Part shown: positions 1-8,738 of the stretch, in pieces
Layout: the number at the start of each line of letters is the position of its first letter
How positions within the stretch are numbered: the first letter of the stretch is position 1
NCBI GenBank assembly: GCA_963702845.1
Contig: OY969763.1
Location: 5,920,001-5,984,000, forward strand
Origin: an uncultured Verrucomicrobiae bacterium
GTDB lineage: Bacteria; Verrucomicrobiota; Verrucomicrobiia; Limisphaerales; Palsa-1400
Direction of reading: 5' to 3'
Length of the DNA: 64,000 nucleotides
Program-made: the position numbers and the translations under genes
The notes under the pieces: generated by a model
Databases searched by the model: none
What the model saw: the letters and a program-made list of their open reading frames with translations, nothing else
What the model was told of the DNA's origin: nothing

Positions 1-924
1 CAAAGGGTTTTCCTCAAGTGCATCGATAACATGCGCACTCCCGATTTGTGCCGACGCGGAAGCATTTTCTTTTGTGTGCGCGACCCCGTGCAGCGGAGCG
101 ATTTCGCGCCGGGCAACGTTTTGTATCGCAACGATCTGTTTCTGCTCGCGTTCGTAAGCTTCGATCATGCGGTTTACACACCATTCCTGCGTGAACTCGT
201 CCGGGAAAATAGTGACGAACGGTTCGTCCGCTTCCTCAACCCTCAAATGGTCGGCACCCGCGAGAACGGCGCCTCCGGGGCCGGAGGGTTTCGGCGGCTG
301 TACAAGAAAATCGACACGCAATTGTTTGTCGTGAATCAATCGCCTGGTTGCTGCCCACGCAGCTGTCGATTTAATGATCGTGTCCTGACCCTGCGAGATG
401 ACGACCACGAGGCGTTTGATTCTCGCAAATGCCGCCTCAATGATAGCGTGCCGCAGAAGTTCGGCAGTGAACTCAGGTGAGAGCAATTGCCGCTGCCAAC
501 CTGCCATTGGAATGATGGCTGCCCGAACATGCACGCGACTGCGGTCCTCCCAGTTTTTCATTTGGAAGTCCAACGCTTCCCACAGTAATCGACGGCGCGT
601 GCTCAAAATGGTTGGGTCGTCGCCGATCTTGTGCAGTTTCTGCAAGATCAACGTGCCTAGTTCATCTTCGGTGACGTGGGTTTCGAGGAAGCCCGCCGCC
701 CTTGCAAGTTCCCGCCGATCGTTGGCATCAAAATCAACAACGAGACGCAGGATGCGGTTCAGCGTTGCTCTGGTGATCTTTTTGGCGTTGAACATCTGGC
801 TGATCAGTCCCTTGGACAAACCAGTCAGTTCGACCAACCGCGTGTTGCTTAAATTGTGGCTCTCGCAGAGTCGCTTGAGCTTCGTGACGACTTGCTCTTG
901 TTTGGGGCGTTCGATTTGCGGCAT
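1..924 (-). CDS. XRE-type HTH fused to a degenerate GalU-like sugar-nucleotidyltransferase domain (3' end runs off the window)
   Basis: Manual translation from ATG 924 is open to base 1, so it is absent from the ORF track. N-terminus 'KLKRLCESHNLSNTRLVELTGLSKGLISQMFN' is XRE-like. 'VRAAIIPMAGW', 'IIEAAFARIKRLVVV', 'VQPPKPSGPGGAVLAG', 'EPFVTIFPDE' and 'DALEENP' follow the GalU motif order. Confidence 0.75.
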   Translation of the reverse strand, partial: MPQIERPKQEQVVTKLKRLCESHNLSNTRLVELTGLSKGLISQMFNAKKITRATLNRILRLVVDFDANDRRELARAAGFLETHVTEDELGTLILQKLHKIGDDPTILSTRRRLLWEALDFQMKNWEDRSRVHVRAAIIPMAGWQRQLLSPEFTAELLRHAIIEAAFARIKRLVVVISQGQDTIIKSTAAWAATRRLIHDKQLRVDFLVQPPKPSGPGGAVLAGADHLRVEEADEPFVTIFPDEFTQEWCVNRMIEAYEREQKQIVAIQNVARREIAPLHGVAHTKENASASAQIGSAHVIDALEENPL

Positions 925-942
925 AAGCGTCTTCTAGATTCA

Positions 943-1010
943 GTTTACAAAACGTGTTTTGTGAACTATTTGCTGTTCACATTTAAGTTTACGTTTCTCG
1001 ATTTGTGAAC
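943..1010. promoter_or_regulatory. Two GTTTAC-N12-GTGAAC palindromic operator-like sites
   Basis: Sites at 943-966 and 987-1010 have identical half-sites and spacing. An extra GTTCAC lies at 975-980. They sit in the divergent intergenic region next to the HTH gene. Confidence 0.6.
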
Positions 1011-1169
1011 CTTACCAAAGACCGCATTGCAAGCCAAGTGACCGTTTGCGGAGAGCGCCTGATCGCCTATCTTAACTGCAGTTCGCCTGATATGGATTTG
1101 GTCATCGATAGACAACCATTGAAATGACGAGCCAATGTGGAGACACGCCGAAACATTACAATAGGAATC

Positions 1170-1391
1170 ATGAACGTCCTGACTGAAAATTCTACAATGC
1201 GCAATGTGCTCTGCGCATATCCGCGATGCGAAAATCCGTTTAAAACGATTGAAGTTCCGGAATTGTTGTTCCAAGGCGACAAAATCAGTCCTGAACACCG
1301 CAATATGTTCCACGGCAGCTTCTATGCGACTGCCTGGGGCGAAGTGGTGTGCTGCTACGATTGTTATCGCGAAATAACTTTGTTCCGATAA
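1170..1391 (+). CDS. Small Cys-rich hypothetical protein (possible zinc binder)
   Basis: AGGA precedes ATG 1170; 73 aa with CAYPRC and CCYDC motifs; a terminator follows. Confidence 0.5.
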   Translation: MNVLTENSTMRNVLCAYPRCENPFKTIEVPELLFQGDKISPEHRNMFHGSFYATAWGEVVCCYDCYREITLFR

Positions 1392-1463
1392 GGAACGATT
1401 TGGTGCCCAGCGCCGTGCAAACGGTGACCACTGGGAGCGACTAGCCAACGCTCCTTCCCTATT

Positions 1464-1492
1464 GCGCCGCGGTGACCCCGCGGCGCTTTTTT
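1464..1492 (+). terminator. Rho-independent terminator
   Basis: GCGCCGCGG-TGACC-CCGCGGCGC followed by T6. Confidence 0.8.
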
Positions 1493-1605
1493 AATCACCT
1501 CGTGTCTTGGTTTCCTGCTGGCGTCATTTTGATGAACTGAGAATGCAACATTTGCCCATTGCGATTAACCGGCAATGCGCGTTGGGTACTCTTAAGGAGG
1601 ACTGC

Positions 1606-2052
1606 ATGAGCATGACTGGATTACCCGTTTTCGATACGACCGTACACAAGACAATGGAATGGCTGCACGACATTGATGAGGAACTCGGTTGGGAATCGCG
1701 CCATAGAGCCTATCAGGGATTGCGCGGCGTGTTGCACACGCTACGAGACCATTTGCCCACGAATGAAACGGCGCAATTCGCATCCCAGATGCCGATGTTG
1801 ATACGCGGTCTCTTCTTCGAGGGCTGGCACCCGGCTGGCAAACCGATCAAAGATCATTCTGCCGAGAAGTTTCTGATCGATGTCGCTGGTCACTTCCCAA
1901 AAGAGGACGTAAATCCGGAAGAGGTGGTGCGGGCTGTGTTCGCGGTAATGGCCATTCACATGCCTGGCGGCGAAATTGAAGCCATCATCCAGGTCCTGCC
2001 GAAACAAATCCGTGAATTTTGGCTCGAGCGCGCCGCCTGGGCCACCGGCTAA
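1606..2052 (+). CDS. DUF2267 family protein
   Basis: AAGGAGG before ATG 1606; '[12 protein letters not shown]...[13 protein letters not shown]...[14 protein letters not shown]' is typical of the family. Confidence 0.85.
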   Translation: MSMTGLPVFDTTVHKTMEWLHDIDEELGWESRHRAYQGLRGVLHTLRDHLPTNETAQFASQMPMLIRGLFFEGWHPAGKPIKDHSAEKFLIDVAGHFPKEDVNPEEVVRAVFAVMAIHMPGGEIEAIIQVLPKQIREFWLERAAWATG

Positions 2053-3002
2053 CCAGAACCAATCAACCAACCCGCAATAAACACGAGCACACCACCAACG
2101 ACCACTTGGAAAATTGCCGCGAGCAGCGGCGTGTCCATGTAGCGTTTGCGAATCCACGCGATGATGCCGAGTTCGGCGATGACCACCGCGATAGCAATCG
2201 TTGTCGCAAAACGGAAATCGTTCGCCAAAAACGGGAGCGTGTGACCGAGGCCACCCAGCATCGTCATGAAACCGCAGACCAGACCGCGAATCCATGGAAC
2301 GCCGCGACCACTGATTTTCCCATCATCAGAAAGTGCTTCGGCAAAACCCATGCTGATGCCGGCACCGACCGAGGCCGCGAGACCGACTTTGAAAGTATCC
2401 GCGGTATTGTGCGTGGCAAACGCGGCGGCAAACAGCGGCGCGAGTGTCGAGACCGAACCATCCATTAGGCCAGCCAGACCCGGTTGCACGAAACGCAAGA
2501 CAAACAGCCGTCGCGCCATGGCATGTTCTTCGTGTGCCGCGCCCGCTGCGTCCTGCTCGGTCTTGATGGTTTCAGCCGTGTTTTCGTGCCGTTGTTCCTC
2601 CTGGGCAAGATCGCCGAGCAATTGCCGAATCCCGGCGTCCGTGGTCCGTTGCGCAGCAGACTCATAGAACCGTCGCGCTTCCATTTCCATCAAAGCGGTT
2701 TGTTCGCGCGCGTTTTCCGGTCGAACAGTGCGGGTAAACCACGACGGGCGTCGCACCGTAAAACCTTTCACATCCTGACGGCGGATGAGCGGGATGTGAT
2801 TGCCGAACCGTTGACTGTAGGTATCAATCAGCCGGCTGCGATGGCGATCCTCTTCCTCGGCCATCTTGGTGAACATTTCGGCGCTGGCGGGAAAATCTTT
2901 TCGAAACTGTTCGGCGAAATCGCGATAAATTCGCGCATCTTCCTCTTCAGCGGCAATCGCGACCGCGAGAATCTGGGCTTCGGTCAGGTCGCGAAAATGC
3001 AT
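2049..3002 (-). CDS. mbfA: Rubrerythrin/ferritin-like plus VIT1 fusion, MbfA-type iron exporter
   Basis: N-terminal diiron ExxH motifs (EEEDRH, EEQRH); C-terminal VIT1 '[17 protein letters not shown]', '[16 protein letters not shown]'. Confidence 0.9.
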   Translation of the reverse strand: MHFRDLTEAQILAVAIAAEEEDARIYRDFAEQFRKDFPASAEMFTKMAEEEDRHRSRLIDTYSQRFGNHIPLIRRQDVKGFTVRRPSWFTRTVRPENAREQTALMEMEARRFYESAAQRTTDAGIRQLLGDLAQEEQRHENTAETIKTEQDAAGAAHEEHAMARRLFVLRFVQPGLAGLMDGSVSTLAPLFAAAFATHNTADTFKVGLAASVGAGISMGFAEALSDDGKISGRGVPWIRGLVCGFMTMLGGLGHTLPFLANDFRFATTIAIAVVIAELGIIAWIRKRYMDTPLLAAIFQVVVGGVLVFIAGWLIGSG

Positions 3003-3041
3003 GCGGTAGGTTTTGCCTTAGATTGGTGGAAATGCAAACCG

Positions 3042-4067
3042 CTAATCAGTGCTGTTCTCTCGCACCATCGTCGCGAGCGCGTCGAGCCAAAGCGGATTTT
3101 CGTTCATGCACGGGATCTGTTCGAGTTCGCCACCACCGGCGGCGTGAAAGCTCTCGCGTCCACGAATGCCAATTTCTTCGATCGTTTCCAGACAGTCCGA
3201 GACGAACGCTGGGCAGATCACCAAAAGTTTTTTAAGACCGACTTTGCCGAAGTCTTCGATGATAAAATCGGTGTAGGGTTTGAGCCATGGATCACGTCCA
3301 AGTCTCGATTGGAACGACACGGTGTATTTATTTGCGGGTATGCCGGCTTTTTGCACGAATGCGGCGACGGTCTTGAAACATTGCGCGCGATAGCAAGTCT
3401 CGTGCGCCTTACTTGGCCGACTACAGCAATCGGCAGTGGCCAAACAGTGCGAACCGGTCGGGTCGGATTTGCGCAAGTGGCGTTCGGGAATGCCGTGAAA
3501 ACTGAAGAGCAAATGATCGTAGCCTTTGTCGAGGTAGGGCTTCGAAACGCCGACAAGCGCGTTGATGAACTGCGGATGATCGTAATACGGTTTGATCACT
3601 TGTAGGCGAATGTCCGGCGCGATCTTTGACATGAGTTCCTGCACGCGCACCACGGCGGTTTCGTAGCTGGACATCGCATAATGCGGAAAAAGCGGGATGA
3701 GCAGAACGTCCGTCGCCTTGTTTTTCTTCAATTTGTGGACGGCGCTTTCGATCGAGGGATTTTGATAGCGCATCGCCAACTCGACGGGAACGTCTAGGCG
3801 TGATTCAAGTTCTGCACGGACGTTTTTACTCGTGACCACGAGCGGCGAACCTTCCTTCGTCCAGATAGCACGATAAGCTTCGGCGGATTGAGCCGGCCGT
3901 TTTGGCAAAATGGCAAAGTTAACAATGCACCAACGGATCGGAAACGGTGCGTCCAGCACTCGTCCGTCCATGAGAAACTCGCGCAAATATTTGCGAACAT
4001 CGGGCACCGAAGTGGAATCCGGTGATCCGAGGTTGACGAGTAGAACGGCGCGTTTTTTATCGGACAT
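3042..4067 (-). CDS. hemH: Ferrochelatase
   Basis: 'LLVNLGSP', 'FSFHGIP', 'FQSRLG..PWLKPYT', 'FVSDCLETIEEI'. Start trimmed to MSDKK, overlapping the hemY end. Confidence 0.95.
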   Translation of the reverse strand: MSDKKRAVLLVNLGSPDSTSVPDVRKYLREFLMDGRVLDAPFPIRWCIVNFAILPKRPAQSAEAYRAIWTKEGSPLVVTSKNVRAELESRLDVPVELAMRYQNPSIESAVHKLKKNKATDVLLIPLFPHYAMSSYETAVVRVQELMSKIAPDIRLQVIKPYYDHPQFINALVGVSKPYLDKGYDHLLFSFHGIPERHLRKSDPTGSHCLATADCCSRPSKAHETCYRAQCFKTVAAFVQKAGIPANKYTVSFQSRLGRDPWLKPYTDFIIEDFGKVGLKKLLVICPAFVSDCLETIEEIGIRGRESFHAAGGGELEQIPCMNENPLWLDALATMVRENSTD

Positions 4068-5430
4068 ACTTGGAAATTTTCTCGGCGACACGGTGCCCCG
4101 AAACAATCGAATCGCCCAGCGAAATTCCGTCGCGAGCGTGGCCCGCAAAGAAAAGTCCGGGGGCGTTGTTCTCGATGTCAGTCATCCGATCTTTGAATCG
4201 GCCATAACCGATTTCGTATTGAGGAATGGCCTTTTGAAAGACCTGGATGTGGTTAAATACCGGCTGACCGTTAATGCCCAGAATCGTTTTCAAATCGTTC
4301 ACGCACAGCGCGACGAGTTGATCGTGCGGTAACAGCGCGAGATCAGGATTGCGCGCGCCACCAATGTAACAGGTGAGCGTCACGCTGCCGTCAGGAGCGC
4401 GATTTGGGAACAACGACGACGAAAAGAGACAGCCAAGAATGCCGAAATTTTCCTTTTGCGGAATGAGCATCCCAAATCCGTCGAGTGGATGAACGACATC
4501 CTCACGATGGAAACCGAGAACAACGCTTGCCACCGGCGGATAGTAAACTTGTTCGAGCAGCTTCAGATCAGCGGGCTTGCGGGTTTTGAGGTTAACGTTC
4601 GCAAGCTTGTGCGCCGGTAAAGCCAAAACAACATTGTTGTGCTCGCACACAACATCTTTTCCGTCCTGTTGTGCCGTCACATTCCAACCGTCACGGCCCT
4701 CCGAAACTTTGTAAACTGGCGTGTGAAGATTCAAGTCCGTGCCGAGACGTTGCTGCAGCGCGTCGATCAGATCTTGGAGACCGTTCTCAAACGAAAACGG
4801 CTTCGCGTCCTGCTTCGAGGTTTCCCCGCGTTTCTTGCGTTCGCGTGCGCCGAGAAATTGGCCGAGCAATAGCGAGCCGTATTTCTGTTCGAGTGCGTGC
4901 AGTTTCGGAAACGCATGCTTGACCGACAACTTCGCCGGATTACCCGCGTAGATCCCGCCGACAAGCGGGTTGATGGCGTAATCCAAAAAGTCGCGTCCCA
5001 GGCGGCGCAGGACGAAGTTCTCCAACGGTTCTTCTTTGTCCGCCGGGCAACGAAACATGAGCGGCTCAACAAGCAAACGCAACTTTGCACCCATTGAAAA
5101 CAATGGTGTGGTGAAAAATTTGCCAGGTGACGTCGGCATTGCCACCGGCGTTTTCCGACGCACGACAAAGCGCTTGGCCGCTTCGGGATTCGCGTTGACG
5201 CGTCGATTTTGCAAACCGAGATCCTGAATCAAACTGGTAATCAGCGGCGAAGTTTCGAGAATGCTGTTGGGACCGAACTCCGCGAGGAATCCGTTCTTGC
5301 GCACTGACTGGATCACCCCACCAACGCGCGATCCACCTTCATAAACTGTAACCGGTACGCCCAATCCCTTGAGCCGAACCGCGGCCGTCAAACCCGTGAT
5401 GCCCCCGCCGATAATTGCCACTGACTTCAT
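4057..5430 (-). CDS. hemY: Protoporphyrinogen oxidase, HemY type (FAD)
   Basis: GGGITGL FAD motif, 'EFGPNS', 'GIYAG', 'IPQY'; lies within the hem cluster. Confidence 0.9.
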   Translation of the reverse strand: MKSVAIIGGGITGLTAAVRLKGLGVPVTVYEGGSRVGGVIQSVRKNGFLAEFGPNSILETSPLITSLIQDLGLQNRRVNANPEAAKRFVVRRKTPVAMPTSPGKFFTTPLFSMGAKLRLLVEPLMFRCPADKEEPLENFVLRRLGRDFLDYAINPLVGGIYAGNPAKLSVKHAFPKLHALEQKYGSLLLGQFLGARERKKRGETSKQDAKPFSFENGLQDLIDALQQRLGTDLNLHTPVYKVSEGRDGWNVTAQQDGKDVVCEHNNVVLALPAHKLANVNLKTRKPADLKLLEQVYYPPVASVVLGFHREDVVHPLDGFGMLIPQKENFGILGCLFSSSLFPNRAPDGSVTLTCYIGGARNPDLALLPHDQLVALCVNDLKTILGINGQPVFNHIQVFQKAIPQYEIGYGRFKDRMTDIENNAPGLFFAGHARDGISLGDSIVSGHRVAEKISKYVR

Positions 5431-6806
5431 ATCGTTCGCGAAAATCGTCGTTGGCCCTCAGCCGGTAAGTAAGCATCGAACTTCATCGCGATGTTCCGGA
5501 TCATCAGCCGGCCGGTGTCGGTGACTTTCACTTCGTTGTCGTTCAACGTGACGAGGCCGTCTGCTTGCATGTCCCCGTAATAGCCGAGTTCCTTGGCGAA
5601 ATATTCTTTGAAATTGATGCCGAGCGTTTTCGACATTGCCGCGTAGTCGAGACCGAGGTCGCACATCAGGCGCATGATCGTCCAGCGGCGAATCTTGTCG
5701 TCGTCGGTCATGACGTAACCGCGCGTAAAAGGGACGCGCCCTTCATCAACAGCAGAGTAGTAGTTCGGCAGCTCTTTCTCATTTTGCCAATAAACGCCTT
5801 CGGCCTGCGAAATCGCAGACATGCCGAATGCATAAATGTCAGCGCCGCCCTTCGTGCTGTAGCCCTGGAAATTGCGTTGCAGCGTTTTATTCTTTTGCGC
5901 GATGGAAAGTTCGTCAGTCGGCTTCGCAAAATGATCCATGCCGATGTAATCGTAGCGGCCATTCGCGGTCAGTTTTTCGATGACGAGCTTGAGGATGTCG
6001 AGCTTGGTCTCAGCGGCGGGAAGGGCGGCTTCTTTCTCGAGAATCTTTTGCGCGGGCTTCAACCATGGGACGTGTGCGTAACTGAAAATCGCGAGACGAT
6101 CCGGTGACAATTCCAGCATCTGATTCAAAGTGTCTTCAAAAGTCGCGGGAGTTTGATAAGGCAGCCCATAGATCAGGTCGACATTGAGCGATTGGAATCC
6201 AGCTTCGCGAATCCAATCAATGGCTTGTTCGACCTGTGCGCGTGGTTGTATGCGGTGAACGGCTTCCTGCACTTTTGCGTTGAAATCCTGCACGCCGAGT
6301 GACGCGCGGTTGAAGCCGATTTCGCGCAACGCGACGATGTGGTCTCTGGTAATCCGCCGAGGATCGATTTCGACACCGGCCTCGAAGTCATCAGCAAACG
6401 TGAACCGCTTGTGGATCATTTCGCCGAGACGGCGAAGTTCGTTCGGGCGTTGAAATGTCGGAGTGCCGCCGCCGAAGTGCAGTTGGATGACTTTGCGCTT
6501 CGGGTTCAACAGCGCGCGCATTTTGTCCATCTCGCGTTCGAGATGATCAAGATAGTCGCCGCTTTGCTCGTGCTTCGTCGTGATCACTGTTGTGCAACCG
6601 CAAAACCAACAAAGCGATTCACAGAATGGCAGATGGAAGTACAGCGAGATGTCGCGATTCGGGTCCTGTGCCTCGACGATTTCCTGTTCGAGCGTGTCCC
6701 ACTTCACGCTATCGGTGAATTGCGTCGCCGGCGGATACGACGTGTAGCGCGGGCCGGCCACGTTGTACTTTTTGACGAGATCGAGATTAACTGAGAGAGC
6801 GCTCAT
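5427..6806 (-). CDS. hemN: Oxygen-independent coproporphyrinogen III oxidase (radical SAM)
   Basis: 'GPRYTSYPPA', CESLCWFCGC, 'GGGTP', 'IGMDHFA', 'RNFQGYST'. Confidence 0.95.
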   Translation of the reverse strand: MSALSVNLDLVKKYNVAGPRYTSYPPATQFTDSVKWDTLEQEIVEAQDPNRDISLYFHLPFCESLCWFCGCTTVITTKHEQSGDYLDHLEREMDKMRALLNPKRKVIQLHFGGGTPTFQRPNELRRLGEMIHKRFTFADDFEAGVEIDPRRITRDHIVALREIGFNRASLGVQDFNAKVQEAVHRIQPRAQVEQAIDWIREAGFQSLNVDLIYGLPYQTPATFEDTLNQMLELSPDRLAIFSYAHVPWLKPAQKILEKEAALPAAETKLDILKLVIEKLTANGRYDYIGMDHFAKPTDELSIAQKNKTLQRNFQGYSTKGGADIYAFGMSAISQAEGVYWQNEKELPNYYSAVDEGRVPFTRGYVMTDDDKIRRWTIMRLMCDLGLDYAAMSKTLGINFKEYFAKELGYYGDMQADGLVTLNDNEVKVTDTGRLMIRNIAMKFDAYLPAEGQRRFSRTI

Positions 6807-7828
6807 GCGAAATTTTGCACCGTGGCAACAAGGGTTTCGAGATTCTCCATTTTGGCATCCGGCGGTACGCCGTGGCCGAGATTGAAAATGTAGCCGTCGC
6901 GGGCACGCATCGACCCGAGCAACCTGGTTGCCTCGGCTTCGATTTGTTTCGGTGTCGCTGTCACGAGCAGTTCCGGATCAAAGTTGCCTTGAACGGTAAT
7001 ATTTGGCAGCTGCTGCGCGGCGTCGCGCAGGTTGAATTCATGCCCAACACCAACGCCTTCAGAGCCAATGTTTCGCAACGTCAGCCAATCGTGACAGCCC
7101 TTCGCGAATACGATGGAGGGCGCGGCGTGGTTCAGCGCTTTAACGATCTTACGCATCCATTGCCCAGACGCCGCTTCGAATTCTTCGGTCGGTAGATTGC
7201 CGCCAAGGGTGTCGAAGATCTGCACGGCATCAGCGCCGTTCTCAATTTGGAATTTCAAAAAATCAGCCACAGCATTGCTCAACTTATCCAGCAGCAAATC
7301 GAACAGTTCGCGATCGTTCTTGAACAGCTCGTAGGCTTTTCCGAACGACTTCGAACTGCCGCCTTCCAACATAAAATTGGCCAGCGTCCACGGCGAACCG
7401 GCGAAGCCAATTAACGCATTCTGGCCCCGCAGTTCTTTGCGGATGGATTGCAGCGCGCGGCCAACATAGCTCAGTTTTTCCCTTAGTCCACTGGCGTCGA
7501 GTTTCTCGATTTCAGCGCGATTGGTAAGGCGAAAGTCCATGTGCACGCCGCCGGTATCACGAAAACTAAAGGCCTGGCCCATCGCTTCGGGAATGACGAG
7601 GATGTCACAAAATAGAATCGCGGCATCCATTTTGAAGCGGCGAATCGGCTGCAGCGTGACTTCGGTCGCCAATTCGGGATTCGTGATGAGGTCGTGGAAA
7701 GTGTATTTTTCCTTGAGAGCGCGATACTCAGGCAAACAACGGCCGGCCTGGCGCATAAACCAGAATGGTGGAGGGTCTACCGGCTTACGGTTCAACGCAT
7801 TAAGAAAACGGGTTCTCGAGTCAGGCAT
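6803..7828 (-). CDS. hemE: Uroporphyrinogen decarboxylase
   Basis: 'WFMRQAGRCLPEY', 'IGFAGSPWTL', 'FNLGHGVPP'. Start uncertain (ATG 7828, 7930 or 7981). Confidence 0.93.
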   Translation of the reverse strand: MPDSRTRFLNALNRKPVDPPPFWFMRQAGRCLPEYRALKEKYTFHDLITNPELATEVTLQPIRRFKMDAAILFCDILVIPEAMGQAFSFRDTGGVHMDFRLTNRAEIEKLDASGLREKLSYVGRALQSIRKELRGQNALIGFAGSPWTLANFMLEGGSSKSFGKAYELFKNDRELFDLLLDKLSNAVADFLKFQIENGADAVQIFDTLGGNLPTEEFEAASGQWMRKIVKALNHAAPSIVFAKGCHDWLTLRNIGSEGVGVGHEFNLRDAAQQLPNITVQGNFDPELLVTATPKQIEAEATRLLGSMRARDGYIFNLGHGVPPDAKMENLETLVATVQNFA

Positions 7829-8084
7829 AGCTGCATACCATTGCACCGCTTCTGGCGAAGGCCAAGTTGGCTGGTGACCGGTCAAGGTCTCCGTTTGCCG
7901 CGGTTGCAATGCAGGGTCAAAATCGTGCATGTGCAGCAGGCTAGATGCAAGCGCCCATGTCGGCTTCGCGTCTCTTGGCATTCAATGAACATTTTTTGCA
8001 CGCGGTGCGGCAAGAAGTAGCCATGTGCTCTGCAGGCCGATTTGAGTCACGTTTGGTCCCTTTGAAGTGCAAAATGTTCGCGGA

Positions 8085-8131
8085 ATGTTGCTACTAGTTG
8101 CTACAACCAGCTACTGGTCGCAACTTGTAGC
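8085..8131 (-). repeat. 10-bp-periodic array, copy A of a dispersed element
   Basis: Minus strand GCTACAAGTT GCGACCAGTA GCTGGTTGTA GCAACTAGTA GCAACAT; 43/47 identical to 57795-57841. Confidence 0.85.
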
Positions 8132-8277
8132 AATATTCTGCGTCATTTTAGCAAATCGACCGGCAATTTGTAGCTGGCAACCTTGATTCACACCGCGTTG
8201 TCAAAGGCGACGCGCAGGACCAAAAAGGTTAAAAAATCCTAAATTTCGCTATTCCAGCACTGGCATTGCGGTGCGGC

Positions 8278-8337
8278 GGTTCGGTTTTTTAATTTAGGTT
8301 CGGTTTACCTCGGATTGCTTCGGTTTACCTTGGATTA
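8278..8337. repeat. Second 10-bp-periodic array
   Basis: CGGTTTACCT CGGATTGCTT CGGTTTACCT TGGATTA at 8301-8337; GGTTCGGTTT at 8278 and 8297. Confidence 0.75.
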
Positions 8338-8437
8338 ACGATAACGCCTCAATCGACCATCAGGATTTCAAAGAACAGCGCGGGACTTCGAGTCCGCCCG
8401 AGAGCCCGTGACCGGAATACTCCGGCGGACGCTGCAT

Positions 8438-8466
8438 AGAATAGAGTGAAGAGACGACAGTGTCAA
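8438..8466 (-). promoter_or_regulatory. sigma70-type promoter facing the arrays and hemE
   Basis: TTGACA (8466-8461), N17, TATTCT (8443-8438). Confidence 0.75.
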
Positions 8467-8738
8467 GCGGAGCGTCACTCCCGAGGGGTGAAAACTGCAA
8501 AAGGAGACAGAATCATTGACGGCTTGTTTCACAAATAGCTAGCTCCGAGAACTCAACCACCAAATCATGTACAGCACCAGATAGAAGTTAACCCGCCGTG
8601 GTAGCTTAATTAACTATCGACACTGCGCTTTTCGCTAGTCTCACCAGAAAAAACAACTTAGGAAATCGTCAGGTTTCAGTGGTCGGCCGTTCACGAATAT
8701 CAATAGTTAGGACTGACATCTGCTCCGACAAATCGGGA

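Noticed and set aside
31..937. Plus-strand ORFs 31-480 and 398-937
   Set aside because: Antisense shadows of the minus-strand HTH-GalU gene; no recognisable motifs.
8085..8337. Possible CRISPR array
   Set aside because: Units are contiguous 10-mers without unique spacers, and no cas genes are present.
8366..8466. rRNA/tRNA operon leader suggested by the strong promoter and boxA-like motif
   Set aside because: No rRNA or tRNA-like sequence follows at either copy.
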